Source of the DNA: an uncultured Methylococcaceae bacterium
GTDB lineage: Bacteria; Pseudomonadota; Gammaproteobacteria; Methylococcales; Methylomonadaceae
DNA: 32,000 bases
Direction: 5' to 3'
Assembly (NCBI GenBank): GCA_903945605.1
Contig: CAJAWH010000093.1
Coordinates: forward strand, 7,186 to 39,185
Both the position numbers and the translations under genes were made by a program. Below the pieces are notes generated by a model. It did not search any database and was not told the origin of the DNA. It was given only the letters and a program-made list of their open reading frames with translations. Below are positions 8,969-18,563 of this stretch, one piece after another (the first letter of the stretch is position 1; each line of letters opens with the position of its first letter).

Positions 8969-11900
8969 TTAGCGTATTCTGACGCGATCACCGGCGTTAA
9001 CTGCTGTTGCCAAACGCTCACGAAGGGCATGCAAGTAACGGTCAATATCATTTTCGGTTTCAATGAATCCTTTTGGCGACACGGTGTTTAGAACTTCGAC
9101 TTGGTTGATGGTGATAGTCCGTTTAGGGGCGGGGGCGGGTTCGGCCACTTTGTTATCGCCAGGCGTTGGCGTAACTGGTTTTGGCGCTTGCTTTTGCCTA
9201 AGCGATTCGATATGGCGATTGATTAATTCGTAAGCGTCGTCTTCGTAAGCAGCCGCTTCAGATTGGTCACTGACGATTTGCGGAATGGATTCGTTGTGGC
9301 TGATCTCCTGTCTGCATAATTGCAACAGGCGCAACGCTTTGTTTTGGATGTCGTCAGGCGCGCCAGCTTGTTTCAAAGCGGATTGCACGCGCTCGATTCT
9401 TTGATCAAGTTCTGTTTGGGCTAACTGGCGTTTTTCAAGTACCAACTGTTTATTGATCTTCTGGATTTGCTCAATCAGCGGATTAATATGACGCAGTTGG
9501 TCATAGGGCGAAGCCAAGTTGTAGATACGGTCTAATTCGTCCAAGGCATTTTTAGCCTCCGGGCCTTTTTCCAGAGCCGGACGGTTGGCTTTGAACAGAT
9601 CGTTCAGGGCATTGATGAGTGCTTGCCAAGTTTGGAATTGGCTTTTGTAGAAGTCGTCCAGGTCTTCAAAATCTTCGGCAAAATCTTCCAAGGCGTTGCT
9701 TTGTTCCAGGCAGCGTTCTATCAGCGCAAAGCTGTTGGACTGTTGGAGCAGATCAGCCAGCAGTGTCAAGCCCTGTTGGATGTGTTGTTTACCTGGAAAA
9801 TGGCCGGTTTGGGCTTTGCTGCTGAAGGATTTAAGGTCGTCATACCATACCCCGATTTCATGTTTCAGTAGCTCTGCCAGTTCTTTTTCGCCTGAGCCGG
9901 TAAAGGTTTTATTGAACAGATTTTTAGCCAACGCCGCTGCATTTTTCAGTTGACGCTCATCGTGCCGCCTAACCTTTTGAACACGGATTTCGCCGTGTTT
10001 ACGCACACTGGTAAACGGATCATAGGCTTTTTTCAGCGGCAGCTCGCTGACACCTAAGGTAAAGCTGATTTTGCCTGCCAGACCCAGTCGGGCAACCAAT
10101 AACAGGATTTCGTTTACCGGCCATCCATAAGGGCGACGGCTGTGGCGATTGATAATGTCACGTAAATAAACCGCTTCATTGCGCTCGATTTTCAAAGTGA
10201 TGAACAACTCGATCTCACGGGTCGCCTGTGGATTGCATTCCATGGCTTCCATGTCGATACCCAGTTGCACAACATCATCAGAGACCATGACCGAGTGAAG
10301 CTCGCGCAACACTTCACCAGGGGTCAGGTGCAGCATGTTGAGCTTGGCAAAGCTGTTTTCAATGACATAACGGTAGGCTTCTTCCAACATTGCCGAGGGC
10401 GAAGCCGTTTTAGGTATCAGCTTGGCACCGATGGCAAACAGCTGGGCTTCGGCAAACAGTTGTTCCAGATCGTGGCGCAGGCGTTTTTCGCGCCCGATGT
10501 TTTCAAGCTGTTTCTCCCGCAACAAATGTTCTTGTTCGGGCCTCTGGCCGGAATTCTGTTTTAAGAATCGGTCGGTTTTCAGGTAACGGGCTAAGTCGCC
10601 ATCCAATCCCTTGTGGCCGAATAACATGGGATGGTCCGGCAATTTGATCAGTACGCAGCCGTCACCTTCCAAGGTGTGGTTCAAACAATATTGGTCACTC
10701 AGAAACGCGTCGTAATGGCTATCTAAAGGCGACGTGATTTTTACAACGAGGTCTTCCAATGTCGATCCGTCTCTGGGGTGGCCATTGCAGAAGCGGCTGA
10801 TATTGAAATCTTGTTTATTGACCGGATAACGGTAAGTGGTTTGCCGCGACAACAGGCCATCGAAGATCAGATTTGAAAGCTTGTTGGTCAACTCCGATGA
10901 CCCAACATCGGTGTGTAGGATTTCGTTTTCGATTTCCTTTTCTTCATTCGTCAGGAATACAAATTCGTCGCCGTTACGGGCAATCAACATTTGCCGTTCC
11001 AGACGGTTCAAGCTTTCTTCAATCTGTATACGCAGGGCGATTTTGTCGGTGTCGATTTGATCAATACACAAGGTAACAATATTATCAAGTGTGCTTTTGA
11101 GGACATCTACGTAACGGATCAGAAATAGGGTTTTCAGCAATTTGCCGTCGAACTCAGTTAAGACATTGAGTTCACACGCTTGGTCGATAGTGCGTTTGAC
11201 AGCAGGTTCCAGAAAGCTTTCGATCGGACTGTAAAAACAATAAAACGGAATCAGTACGCCAATGCCTTGATCCTTGACTTGCTTGGCGGCGGATTGGAAG
11301 GCATCTAATAATGAGCGCTCGCCCATAGCCAAATGCTTGCCAGTAGCGCCTTTGGTGCGAATCGATTCAAAGACTTTTTGCACCAGCGGATAGTGGTAGG
11401 GGATAAACGGATAGTTGTCGATAAATGATGGCGCATCGTTATAACTGTTGAGCGAGGCCGTCGTCGTGGTGTCGAATGCCAGCTGATTGCGCAGGATATC
11501 ACCTTTTTCGGCAAATACATTCGCCAACACTTCAGTAGCGGCTTCGGTTTTTTCCAATAGCCGTTTTTGAATCACTTCCGAGGTATTGGAGCTTGACAGT
11601 TGTAGGCGGGTATAAAACCGGCCCTGAATTTTGGAAAAGTCATCGCCACTGTTTTTGTTCAGCTGGCCGATAGCCGCTTCAATGTCCGCTTGAGACGTCA
11701 CGATAACCCAAGCCCGACCACCGCAAAAAGTGCCTAAGTCTTCGGTAATGGTCTGCAACTTCAACATCATTTGCGTGTTTTGACCGATAAACTGGCCTAC
11801 TTCATCGACGAGGAACAATAGGTTTCGGTCATCATGACTTTCTAAGTAGTCATTGACCCATTTACAGAAGTTGCGGATATCGAGCGGGAAGTTGTTTTCT

Positions 11901-12604
11901 AGCTGCTCGACCCATTGCTTGGTGGATTCAATGGTTTGTTTGCTGGCTGCCGCAAGGCTCTCTGCAAGTTCATCCCGGTAAAAATCGTAGGCATCACGCT
12001 GGGCTTCCCAGCTTGAACCAGTGAGTTCTGCGAATTTGTCTTTGAACGCTTGGTATTGGGTACGTTTGTCCAATTCCCGCTCAAGATGCGCGATATGCGG
12101 GAAGTCGGCGCAATAGCCGACGCGCTCATTGAACACTTTGAGGAAAACTTTCAGGATCGCGTTGTCGCCATCGTCCGTATTAGCACGCGAATCGATGTTA
12201 AACAAAATGACATCGGTGGGTTTTGATACAGCGCTGTGAATATCGCCGAACAGCATCGCATCATTGATTTTGTCTTTGAAAAAATCAATGGCAAGGAGGT
12301 TCTCACCTGCATTTTGCACAACACGGTTTTCGAGCAGGTATGACAGAATCTTGATGAAATGCGATTTGCCGGAACCGAAGAATCCAGAAACCCAGACACC
12401 GATTTTTCCGGCTACCGCAGGATTACGGTTTTTGATTGCTGGGACATACGTTTCGAAAAAATGGCGGAAATGGCGATCCAATTCGTTGGTGATGACGTAT
12501 TCGTCCAACTCAACAAACACACACTCATCATCAAGCTGTTCGGCTTTGACTACGCCGTTAATGTCTCGGTTGAGCTGCTTTGAAAAAATCTGTTCGATGT
12601 TCAC
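8969..12604 (-). CDS. brxC: BREX system P-loop protein BrxC
   Basis: 1211 aa; MNIEQIFSKQLNRDINGVVKAEQLDD, Walker A GVWVSGFFGSGKSHFIKILSYLLENR. Confidence 0.95.
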   Translation of the reverse strand: MNIEQIFSKQLNRDINGVVKAEQLDDECVFVELDEYVITNELDRHFRHFFETYVPAIKNRNPAVAGKIGVWVSGFFGSGKSHFIKILSYLLENRVVQNAGENLLAIDFFKDKINDAMLFGDIHSAVSKPTDVILFNIDSRANTDDGDNAILKVFLKVFNERVGYCADFPHIAHLERELDKRTQYQAFKDKFAELTGSSWEAQRDAYDFYRDELAESLAAASKQTIESTKQWVEQLENNFPLDIRNFCKWVNDYLESHDDRNLLFLVDEVGQFIGQNTQMMLKLQTITEDLGTFCGGRAWVIVTSQADIEAAIGQLNKNSGDDFSKIQGRFYTRLQLSSSNTSEVIQKRLLEKTEAATEVLANVFAEKGDILRNQLAFDTTTTASLNSYNDAPSFIDNYPFIPYHYPLVQKVFESIRTKGATGKHLAMGERSLLDAFQSAAKQVKDQGIGVLIPFYCFYSPIESFLEPAVKRTIDQACELNVLTEFDGKLLKTLFLIRYVDVLKSTLDNIVTLCIDQIDTDKIALRIQIEESLNRLERQMLIARNGDEFVFLTNEEKEIENEILHTDVGSSELTNKLSNLIFDGLLSRQTTYRYPVNKQDFNISRFCNGHPRDGSTLEDLVVKITSPLDSHYDAFLSDQYCLNHTLEGDGCVLIKLPDHPMLFGHKGLDGDLARYLKTDRFLKQNSGQRPEQEHLLREKQLENIGREKRLRHDLEQLFAEAQLFAIGAKLIPKTASPSAMLEEAYRYVIENSFAKLNMLHLTPGEVLRELHSVMVSDDVVQLGIDMEAMECNPQATREIELFITLKIERNEAVYLRDIINRHSRRPYGWPVNEILLLVARLGLAGKISFTLGVSELPLKKAYDPFTSVRKHGEIRVQKVRRHDERQLKNAAALAKNLFNKTFTGSGEKELAELLKHEIGVWYDDLKSFSSKAQTGHFPGKQHIQQGLTLLADLLQQSNSFALIERCLEQSNALEDFAEDFEDLDDFYKSQFQTWQALINALNDLFKANRPALEKGPEAKNALDELDRIYNLASPYDQLRHINPLIEQIQKINKQLVLEKRQLAQTELDQRIERVQSALKQAGAPDDIQNKALRLLQLCRQEISHNESIPQIVSDQSEAAAYEDDAYELINRHIESLRQKQAPKPVTPTPGDNKVAEPAPAPKRTITINQVEVLNTVSPKGFIETENDIDRYLHALRERLATAVNAGDRVRIR

Positions 12605-12622
12605 GAATGGCTGCCTGCTGAC

Positions 12623-13213
12623 TTATTTATTAAATGATTCGGGCACAAGTTTGAACGCACGATAATAATTTTTTGAATCGATCCGGCCAAACGGGTGTAG
12701 GTCTTGGCCACTATATTCGCCAGGGTAGAACAGCACCAACGGCGTTTTACCCATCACGTCTTGCAGCGCACTCAATAACTCATGACCTCGCACTAACGGC
12801 CAAGCATTGCCCAGACCTGTCAGTAAAACAAAATCCAAGGTTTCTGGCTGAATATCCGCCGCAATAAATTCAGCCACTTTTTTCTGGTTAAGTGGGCCGG
12901 CCAATGTCGATTTTATGGCGTTTACGCCGACCTGTTTTTCACGGGCAAAGGTACGTTCTAAAAGCCCCCTTGAATTGAGCATGTCGATCAGGGTTTGGAA
13001 CAGGTTTACATGCCTAAATTTGAAGCCACGTTTTTCCAACTTTTCGGTTAGATATTTAACATAGTCTCTGACGATGAGCTCATGATTTGCGGAATAGTCG
13101 AAAATCCAAAAGCCAATATCATTACCCAAGCCATCATTGTTTAAAAACTGCGGGTTATCGATACGCTCAAGGATGAGATCGAGTCGGTTTTGTAGCGATT
13201 TCATAAGGTGCAT
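12623..13213 (-). CDS. brxB: BREX protein BrxB (DUF1788)
   Basis: 196 aa from MHLMKSLQNRLDLILERI; contains LTGLGNAWPLVRGHELLSALQDVMGKTPLVLFYPGEYSGQDL; ORF-track start at 13435 trimmed to ATG 13213, just overlapping the brxA stop. Confidence 0.9.
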   Translation of the reverse strand: MHLMKSLQNRLDLILERIDNPQFLNNDGLGNDIGFWIFDYSANHELIVRDYVKYLTEKLEKRGFKFRHVNLFQTLIDMLNSRGLLERTFAREKQVGVNAIKSTLAGPLNQKKVAEFIAADIQPETLDFVLLTGLGNAWPLVRGHELLSALQDVMGKTPLVLFYPGEYSGQDLHPFGRIDSKNYYRAFKLVPESFNK

Positions 13214-13818
13214 TTCATGATCGGCTCGAGGTCTTCGCGATTTAATTGCTGCAACCATGATTTTGTCTCCGGTAGCAAGTAAACGGGCTGTAGGCGGCGG
13301 CTTTTGTTGTTGTCCAGATATCCCGCTTCGACCAAAGCCCGGATGACATTGGTGCCTGTTTTTTGTAGCGTAGCCTCTGACAGTTGGGACAAACCAGATA
13401 GTGTGCGAATGCGATCCAATAAAAAAATGCCCCACGCATCCGCAGCCAAATTGGGTTTATAAACACGTTTGGTTTCGGCAACGACGTGATTCATGAAATC
13501 GGCGACTACCGGTGTGTAAATCAGTAAAGCCAGCATCAAAAGCTGTGTATATAACGGATCGGCGGCATCGATAACAGCCTCCGAAAATGGCGTACCTAGG
13601 GGTAACAACCGCCGCTTTATCGTCCGTGCATATCGGATAGCGGTGTTCGGCGATTTTTTTCGTAGCACGTTATCTTGGGTAATGAGTTGTACCCAATCGA
13701 CTTCAGAGCAATCCAATAACAGGCTTTGGGCAACGGTTTTGCTTTCAGCAAGAAACAAACTCCCGCTGACTAAGTCGCGGATGTAGTGCTTGGCTTTATC
13801 AAGTTCTTGTTTACTCAA
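13201..13818 (-). CDS. brxA: BREX protein BrxA (DUF1819), TTG start
   Basis: 205 aa; MSKQELDKAKHYIRDLVSGSLFLAESKTVAQ; immediately upstream of brxB. Confidence 0.88.
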   Translation of the reverse strand: MSKQELDKAKHYIRDLVSGSLFLAESKTVAQSLLLDCSEVDWVQLITQDNVLRKKSPNTAIRYARTIKRRLLPLGTPFSEAVIDAADPLYTQLLMLALLIYTPVVADFMNHVVAETKRVYKPNLAADAWGIFLLDRIRTLSGLSQLSEATLQKTGTNVIRALVEAGYLDNNKSRRLQPVYLLPETKSWLQQLNREDLEPIMKCTL

Positions 13819-14717
13819 AGCCCAGTTTCCTTATGGGGTAGGCAATAACCAGGTGCTAAGATAAGATTTTCTATAGACGTTAGTTCTTGGCGATTTGTGA
13901 GCCAGAGGTGGTATTCAGGGCCAACGAGCGCATGGTTTTCTGAGCAGTCCACATTCCACCGTCTTAACAAATAACCAGCAACAGCGGCACGTACCGAAAG
14001 CGTCAGTTTGCCATTTTCAATACCATATTCATGAGCTATGGTCTCAGGATAACCCAGTGAAGGATGGGGAACTAATTGAAGCTTTACGAATTGATTCCAT
14101 TGTTGATCGGCAGCCTTCGTTTCTGTATCTGAAACAGTCCGATTTTCAGCCAAACAAGGTTGTTCGATACGATTTATTACAAAATCGGAAAAGTGCTGTT
14201 TACGCCGGTCAAACGCCCTGACATGCCAACGCAAACCGTTATCGACCAGTGAGTGCGGGATGATTTCACGATGTGTTAAACCACTGGAAAGCGATCGATA
14301 AGCAATTGAGATTGCTTGCTTGCAGTAGATGGCGCGGGTAACGGACGCCAAAATATAACAGGCCGGAAAATGTAATTGAGTTGGCGCTTCGGCGGCATCG
14401 AAGGTACGGCTTGTAGATACAAAGTCATCACCATAGCCGTGGAGTAACGCTGCCAATGCTTGATGACTGGAATAGCTGAATAGTGGTGAAAAACTATCAC
14501 GCTGGATGTACGCTTTAGCTTTGGTGTCGTATTCCAGATTTTTTGGCGTTAATTCTTTGTAGAGTGTAATGTCCCTGGTTGCGGCGGCTTCTTTAATGCC
14601 AAAGCGTGCAACAAGGTCATTACGATTGACCGATCCAAGAAAAAACAAGCGGAAGTCTATATGCAACAGACGCTCCTTCTGGGTTTGACTTAAATTCTCA
14701 AGTAGCTGTTGTTGCAT
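13815..14717 (-). CDS. brxR: WYL-domain transcriptional regulator, BrxR-like
   Basis: 300 aa; N-terminal HTH-like region and WYL-type region (AISIAYRSLSSGLTHREIIPHSLVDNGLRWHVRAFDRR); first gene of the operon, overlaps brxA by 4 bp. Confidence 0.8.
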   Translation of the reverse strand: MQQQLLENLSQTQKERLLHIDFRLFFLGSVNRNDLVARFGIKEAAATRDITLYKELTPKNLEYDTKAKAYIQRDSFSPLFSYSSHQALAALLHGYGDDFVSTSRTFDAAEAPTQLHFPACYILASVTRAIYCKQAISIAYRSLSSGLTHREIIPHSLVDNGLRWHVRAFDRRKQHFSDFVINRIEQPCLAENRTVSDTETKAADQQWNQFVKLQLVPHPSLGYPETIAHEYGIENGKLTLSVRAAVAGYLLRRWNVDCSENHALVGPEYHLWLTNRQELTSIENLILAPGYCLPHKETGL

Positions 14718-15072
14718 GATGCGCTAAAAATAATCTAAGAAACCAACAAACAAAATGATGATCAATTATATGACCACGATGATATTTATATCAACCAAAA
14801 CTTTGTCGAGGCAACTCACTTAGAGAGGTGACTTCACGAAACGGAAAAAATTGTACGCTAAGCTTCCACTGCGTTTAAGTTTTGAGCTGCCCCGCCCTAA
14901 TCCAAAGGCCGGTATCCGTCCTTGGCCTTCCGCAACTGCCACTGTTTCGCCGCCAACACGGCATCGGTTTCCAATCTGAAACAGGAACTCTTGACGGTGT
15001 CGGGCGAACCGGTCCGACCCCATGCCCGCACCACCGACCTCACAACCACTCAAGAACGAGATCATTCAACAC

Positions 15073-15369
15073 TTAGAGAATTATTTCGTTATTTGACAAT
15101 CCCAATAAAATTTCCTTAAGCTTTTCCCAATACTCCACTGCCACAGATTTCATGATTGCGGAAAATATTTCATGCGCGAATTTTGTCTCAAACCCGAGCC
15201 ATTTTTCGCTCATCAAGATTCGCGTTCGAGAAGAATTTAGGTCTAAATCCATTGATCCGCAAATATCAATAACTAAAAGAATGGGCAATGGCCAGAAAAG
15301 ACGTACTTGGTTTTTCTGCATTGACCATGATTCAGGGAACGGGCTTGAAGGAACTTCAAAGCCATGCAA
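15073..15369 (-). CDS. Hypothetical protein (98 aa)
   Basis: Open reading frame only. Confidence 0.25.
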   Translation of the reverse strand: MHGFEVPSSPFPESWSMQKNQVRLFWPLPILLVIDICGSMDLDLNSSRTRILMSEKWLGFETKFAHEIFSAIMKSVAVEYWEKLKEILLGLSNNEIIL

Positions 15370-15618
15370 GGAAATCCGAGATTTAGAGTGTGGGTAGCCC
15401 TCAAATGTGGCTTGATCGTCATCAAAACTTTTTTCATCAGCTTAAGCATATCCTGAGATATGCCCTGAGTTATCAGGACTAGCTATTGTCGCTTTGTTAT
15501 CTCTGCTGAGTATCCGCATAGTGATTACAATCAAAATGATCCACAACCACAGGTTGATTTTATTGTTTTCGACCTCATAGTTCTGTTGAATTTCTTTTTT
15601 ATGCTCTCGTTTTATAGC

Positions 15619-16260
15619 CTAAGTTGTTGGTTTGATTTCCTCATGAATACCATCGGGCTTTAAGAAGCCCTGTCTATTTCCTTGGTCTTTACGAACCCAT
15701 CCTTGTTCGAGCATACATTTTTCAAGTTGCCCCTTAAAACGCGTTCTTCGGTCTTGTGTGGTTCGAAGGACTTGTTCAGGAATAATTTTACCGATATTTA
15801 TAATGACGTAATCCCGATTGCCTTTCCAAGTCAATGTAGGGTCGTCTAGACCTGAGAGGATTTTATTCGCTGTTTCCAAAGCTTTTGCTTGCGTATCCAT
15901 CCTTGGTGACATTTTATCAACCTGACGGTGTCCATTTTTCACAATAGCAGCGGTTTCTCGATCAAGATTGATTTCCCAGTGGTGGACATCAGCTCTGCTT
16001 GAACCATTGATCAGTGCTCCGTGGCGTTCCAGTTCAAAACATAACACAGGAGGTTTCCACTTTAAGTTTTCTGCTCGACAAACTTTCTCCGGGAAAGTCT
16101 TGTGCTGATCGCTGCCTTTTAGAGACTGCCAGCATTCTGCCAATAACATGAGAATGTCCGATTTAGGCTTATCAACTATCGCCGCTTTGCCATCAGGCAG
16201 GGCTATTAAATAATCGTGTAAGGCTCGAATTGTATTTTTTGAGTGTCCCATTGCTTCCAA
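15619..16260 (-). CDS. Hypothetical protein (213 aa)
   Basis: Long ORF with protein-like composition; no family recognised. Confidence 0.5.
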   Translation of the reverse strand: MEAMGHSKNTIRALHDYLIALPDGKAAIVDKPKSDILMLLAECWQSLKGSDQHKTFPEKVCRAENLKWKPPVLCFELERHGALINGSSRADVHHWEINLDRETAAIVKNGHRQVDKMSPRMDTQAKALETANKILSGLDDPTLTWKGNRDYVIINIGKIIPEQVLRTTQDRRTRFKGQLEKCMLEQGWVRKDQGNRQGFLKPDGIHEEIKPTT

Positions 16261-16646
16261 TTGCCTCGACTCTGTTGCGGGGTTAATAGAAACTGCGCTA
16301 AAAATTTACACCAAAAATTCAAACGATGCATAATTTATGACAAGGATGCTGGTTTGTAGGTATTGCTACAGGGCAAAGACGTGAGCCGATACGGCAATCG
16401 CTTCAACAGAAACAACTTGGTGGTCATTAAAAAATGGGTGTTTGACTGGACGGCGCACTGGCTAAGGCCGGTGTGCTGTTTGGCCGCTGTGCCGGTGTTT
16501 TTTAGAGTTGGCATAAGCGGTGGCGGTGGGTGGTTCGCTTGAAATTGGCAGGTTGTTAGCGCAAGGGGATAGCAATTAGGCATCATACATAGTAGTAAAT
16601 GGCCTAATTGGATATGGCTAAAATTTGTTGTACCGAGAGTTGTACC

Positions 16647-16748
16647 GAAACGCCATTTTTACGATTCACGCCAAAGAGCCAATTCATAACCCCTTGAAAA
16701 AGTTGGTCGGGACGACAGGATTTGAACCTGCTACCACTTGTCCCCCAG
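16647..16748. repeat. Left attachment-site direct repeat
   Basis: 102 bp matching 22459..22560 with 4 mismatches by eye; contains tRNA-Pro 3' half. Confidence 0.92.
16704..16748 (-). other. Partial tRNA-Pro (3' half, 45 nt)
   Basis: tggtcgggacgacaggatttgaacctgctaccacttgtcccccag, identical except one base to the 3' part of the tRNA at 22516..22592; sequence diverges at the anticodon loop. Confidence 0.9.
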
Positions 16749-16978
16749 TTAGGTGAAGCACAGTAAACCGGCCTTGCCACCACAGGCCAACCACAAAGCC
16801 ACCAACAAAAAAACTACAAAAAACCAAACAGTTGTAAAAATAATTTGTTCAACCAAAGCCAATAGAGTACCATTAAATTCAACCGGAAAGTGTACCCGCT
16901 AGTGTACCCGATAAAATGCAGCTAAGTGCCTGATATTTTCAACCCGCAACCTATTGTCAGTTTGACAAGTTCACCCGT

Positions 16979-18289
16979 ATGGCTACCAAAAAAATAACCC
17001 CGCTGGAATTTCAGCACTTCAAGAAAGCCACCGACAAAGAACGGGCGTTAAACGATGGTGGCGGCCTTTATGTGCGCGTTCGGTCGATAGCCGAGGGGGG
17101 CGGGGTAAGTTTTCGATACCGGTTTAAGCTTGAAGGTAAGCAACAATGGCTAACCTTTGAGGCTGAAGGCCTGAAGGAAGCGAGGGCAAAGGCTGAGGGG
17201 TACCAAAAGCAGGTCAACAAGGGTATCAACCCTGCACTAGAACTGAAACTTGAAAAGACCCGAAACAAACAAGCACAGCTTGCCGAACAAGCAGCACTAG
17301 CCAAGCTTAACGCACGGCTAACTGTCACCGACCTGTTCACACAGTGGTATGACATCCGCCTAACCAACCGCAAGGACAAGGAAGAGGTCAAACACACGTT
17401 TTATAGGCACGTGTTGCCTGTTATTGGTGGCCTATTTGTGGAAGAGGTCAGAAAGCTGCACATCACACAAGTCACAAACCCATTAGTGCAGCGCGGGGTT
17501 AATGTGATGGCTAACCGTGTGTTTGGCATGGTCAGACAGATGTTCCAGTTTGCAGTCGATCAGGACATCATCACCGCCAACCCCACGGCAGGCTTGAGCA
17601 AAGCCAAGATAGGCGGTAAGGAGGTGGAACGTGACAGGGTATTGTGTGAGGACGAGATAAAGGCGTTGGCAAGGCAAATGCCTGATGCAGGCCTTTTGAA
17701 GCCCACAGAGTGTGCTATTTGGCTTGCATTAAGCACATTGTGCCGTATCGGTGAGTTGAGCAGAGCCAAGTGGGCTGATGTGGATATTGAGGGCAGCAAG
17801 TGGCGGATACCTGAAGCCAACAGCAAAAACGGCAAAGCCCACACAATACACTTAAGCGGCTTTGCCAAAGCACAGCTCAGGGTGCTGAAGGATTGTGCGG
17901 CCAGCGACACTTGGTTATACCCAAACCGTGACGATAGCGGGCATGTGTGCGAGAAGTCTATCACCAAGCAGATACAAGGGCGGCAAACCGATAAGGTGCT
18001 AAGCGGCCGTTCACGATGCAATCAGGCATTGGTTTTGCAGGGCGGCAAGTGGACACCGCACGATCTGAGACGCACAGGCGCAACCCTGATGGGCAACCTT
18101 GGCGTTAGGCCTGATGTGATTGAGAAATGCCTGAACCACACAGAAGAGAACAAGGTTAAACGTATCTACCAGAGGCAAGAACTGAAAGCTGAACAAGCGG
18201 CGGCGTGGCAATTGTTGGGTGACAGACTTAACCTATTGGTTCGCACGGACAACGAAAATATTTTGGTTTTTCATAAAAAAATTGTTTGA
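16979..18289 (+). CDS. int: Tyrosine-type site-specific integrase (DUF4102 arm-binding + phage integrase)
   Basis: 436 aa; LCRIGEL, HDLRRTGATLMGNLG, CLNHTEENKVKRIYQR catalytic motifs; adjacent to att repeat. Confidence 0.95.
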   Translation: MATKKITPLEFQHFKKATDKERALNDGGGLYVRVRSIAEGGGVSFRYRFKLEGKQQWLTFEAEGLKEARAKAEGYQKQVNKGINPALELKLEKTRNKQAQLAEQAALAKLNARLTVTDLFTQWYDIRLTNRKDKEEVKHTFYRHVLPVIGGLFVEEVRKLHITQVTNPLVQRGVNVMANRVFGMVRQMFQFAVDQDIITANPTAGLSKAKIGGKEVERDRVLCEDEIKALARQMPDAGLLKPTECAIWLALSTLCRIGELSRAKWADVDIEGSKWRIPEANSKNGKAHTIHLSGFAKAQLRVLKDCAASDTWLYPNRDDSGHVCEKSITKQIQGRQTDKVLSGRSRCNQALVLQGGKWTPHDLRRTGATLMGNLGVRPDVIEKCLNHTEENKVKRIYQRQELKAEQAAAWQLLGDRLNLLVRTDNENILVFHKKIV

Positions 18290-18356
18290 CAAGGTGCGAT
18301 AGAGTTCGATACGATAGCCCCGTACCAAGGACGCTAGCCATTCAAAGGAGATTATC

Positions 18357-18539
18357 ATGGCCACATTGCTGCGATTGCCGCAAGCATTGGAATTTTCAGG
18401 TTTGAAACGCACCACTTTTTTAACGATGGTCAAGGCGGGCCACCTGCCTGCACCTGTTCAAATATCCGCCAAATGCGTGGCGTGGCGGCGCGAGGAGCTG
18501 GAAGCATGGGCGGCCAACCTGCCCAAAAAACTACATTAA
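18357..18539 (+). CDS. alpA: AlpA-family phage transcriptional activator
   Basis: 60 aa, MATLLRLPQALEFSGLKRTTFLTMVKAGHLPAPVQISAKCVAWRREELEAW. Confidence 0.85.
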   Translation: MATLLRLPQALEFSGLKRTTFLTMVKAGHLPAPVQISAKCVAWRREELEAWAANLPKKLH

Positions 18540-18563
18540 CCGGCGGCTAACCGGAGACAACAA

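Noticed and set aside
8959-9063. N-terminal extension of sbcD in the ORF track
   Set aside because: It overlaps the brxC C-terminus; MKFIHTSDWHIG at 8958 is the conserved SbcD start.
13214-13435. N-terminal extension of brxB in the ORF track
   Set aside because: The extra residues overlap brxA coding sequence in another frame; the ATG at 13213 gives a normal BrxB length and N-terminus.
16335-16586. Minus-strand 83-aa ORF
   Set aside because: Low-complexity composition and no coding signature; probably intergenic remnant sequence.
16704-16748. Second functional tRNA-Pro
   Set aside because: Only the 3' half is present; sequence after the anticodon loop (ttaggtgaagcac) does not complete the cloverleaf.
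18011-18433. Minus-strand ORFs within and after the integrase
   Set aside because: Antisense to the integrase and alpA; Ser/Leu-rich shadow translations without recognisable motifs.
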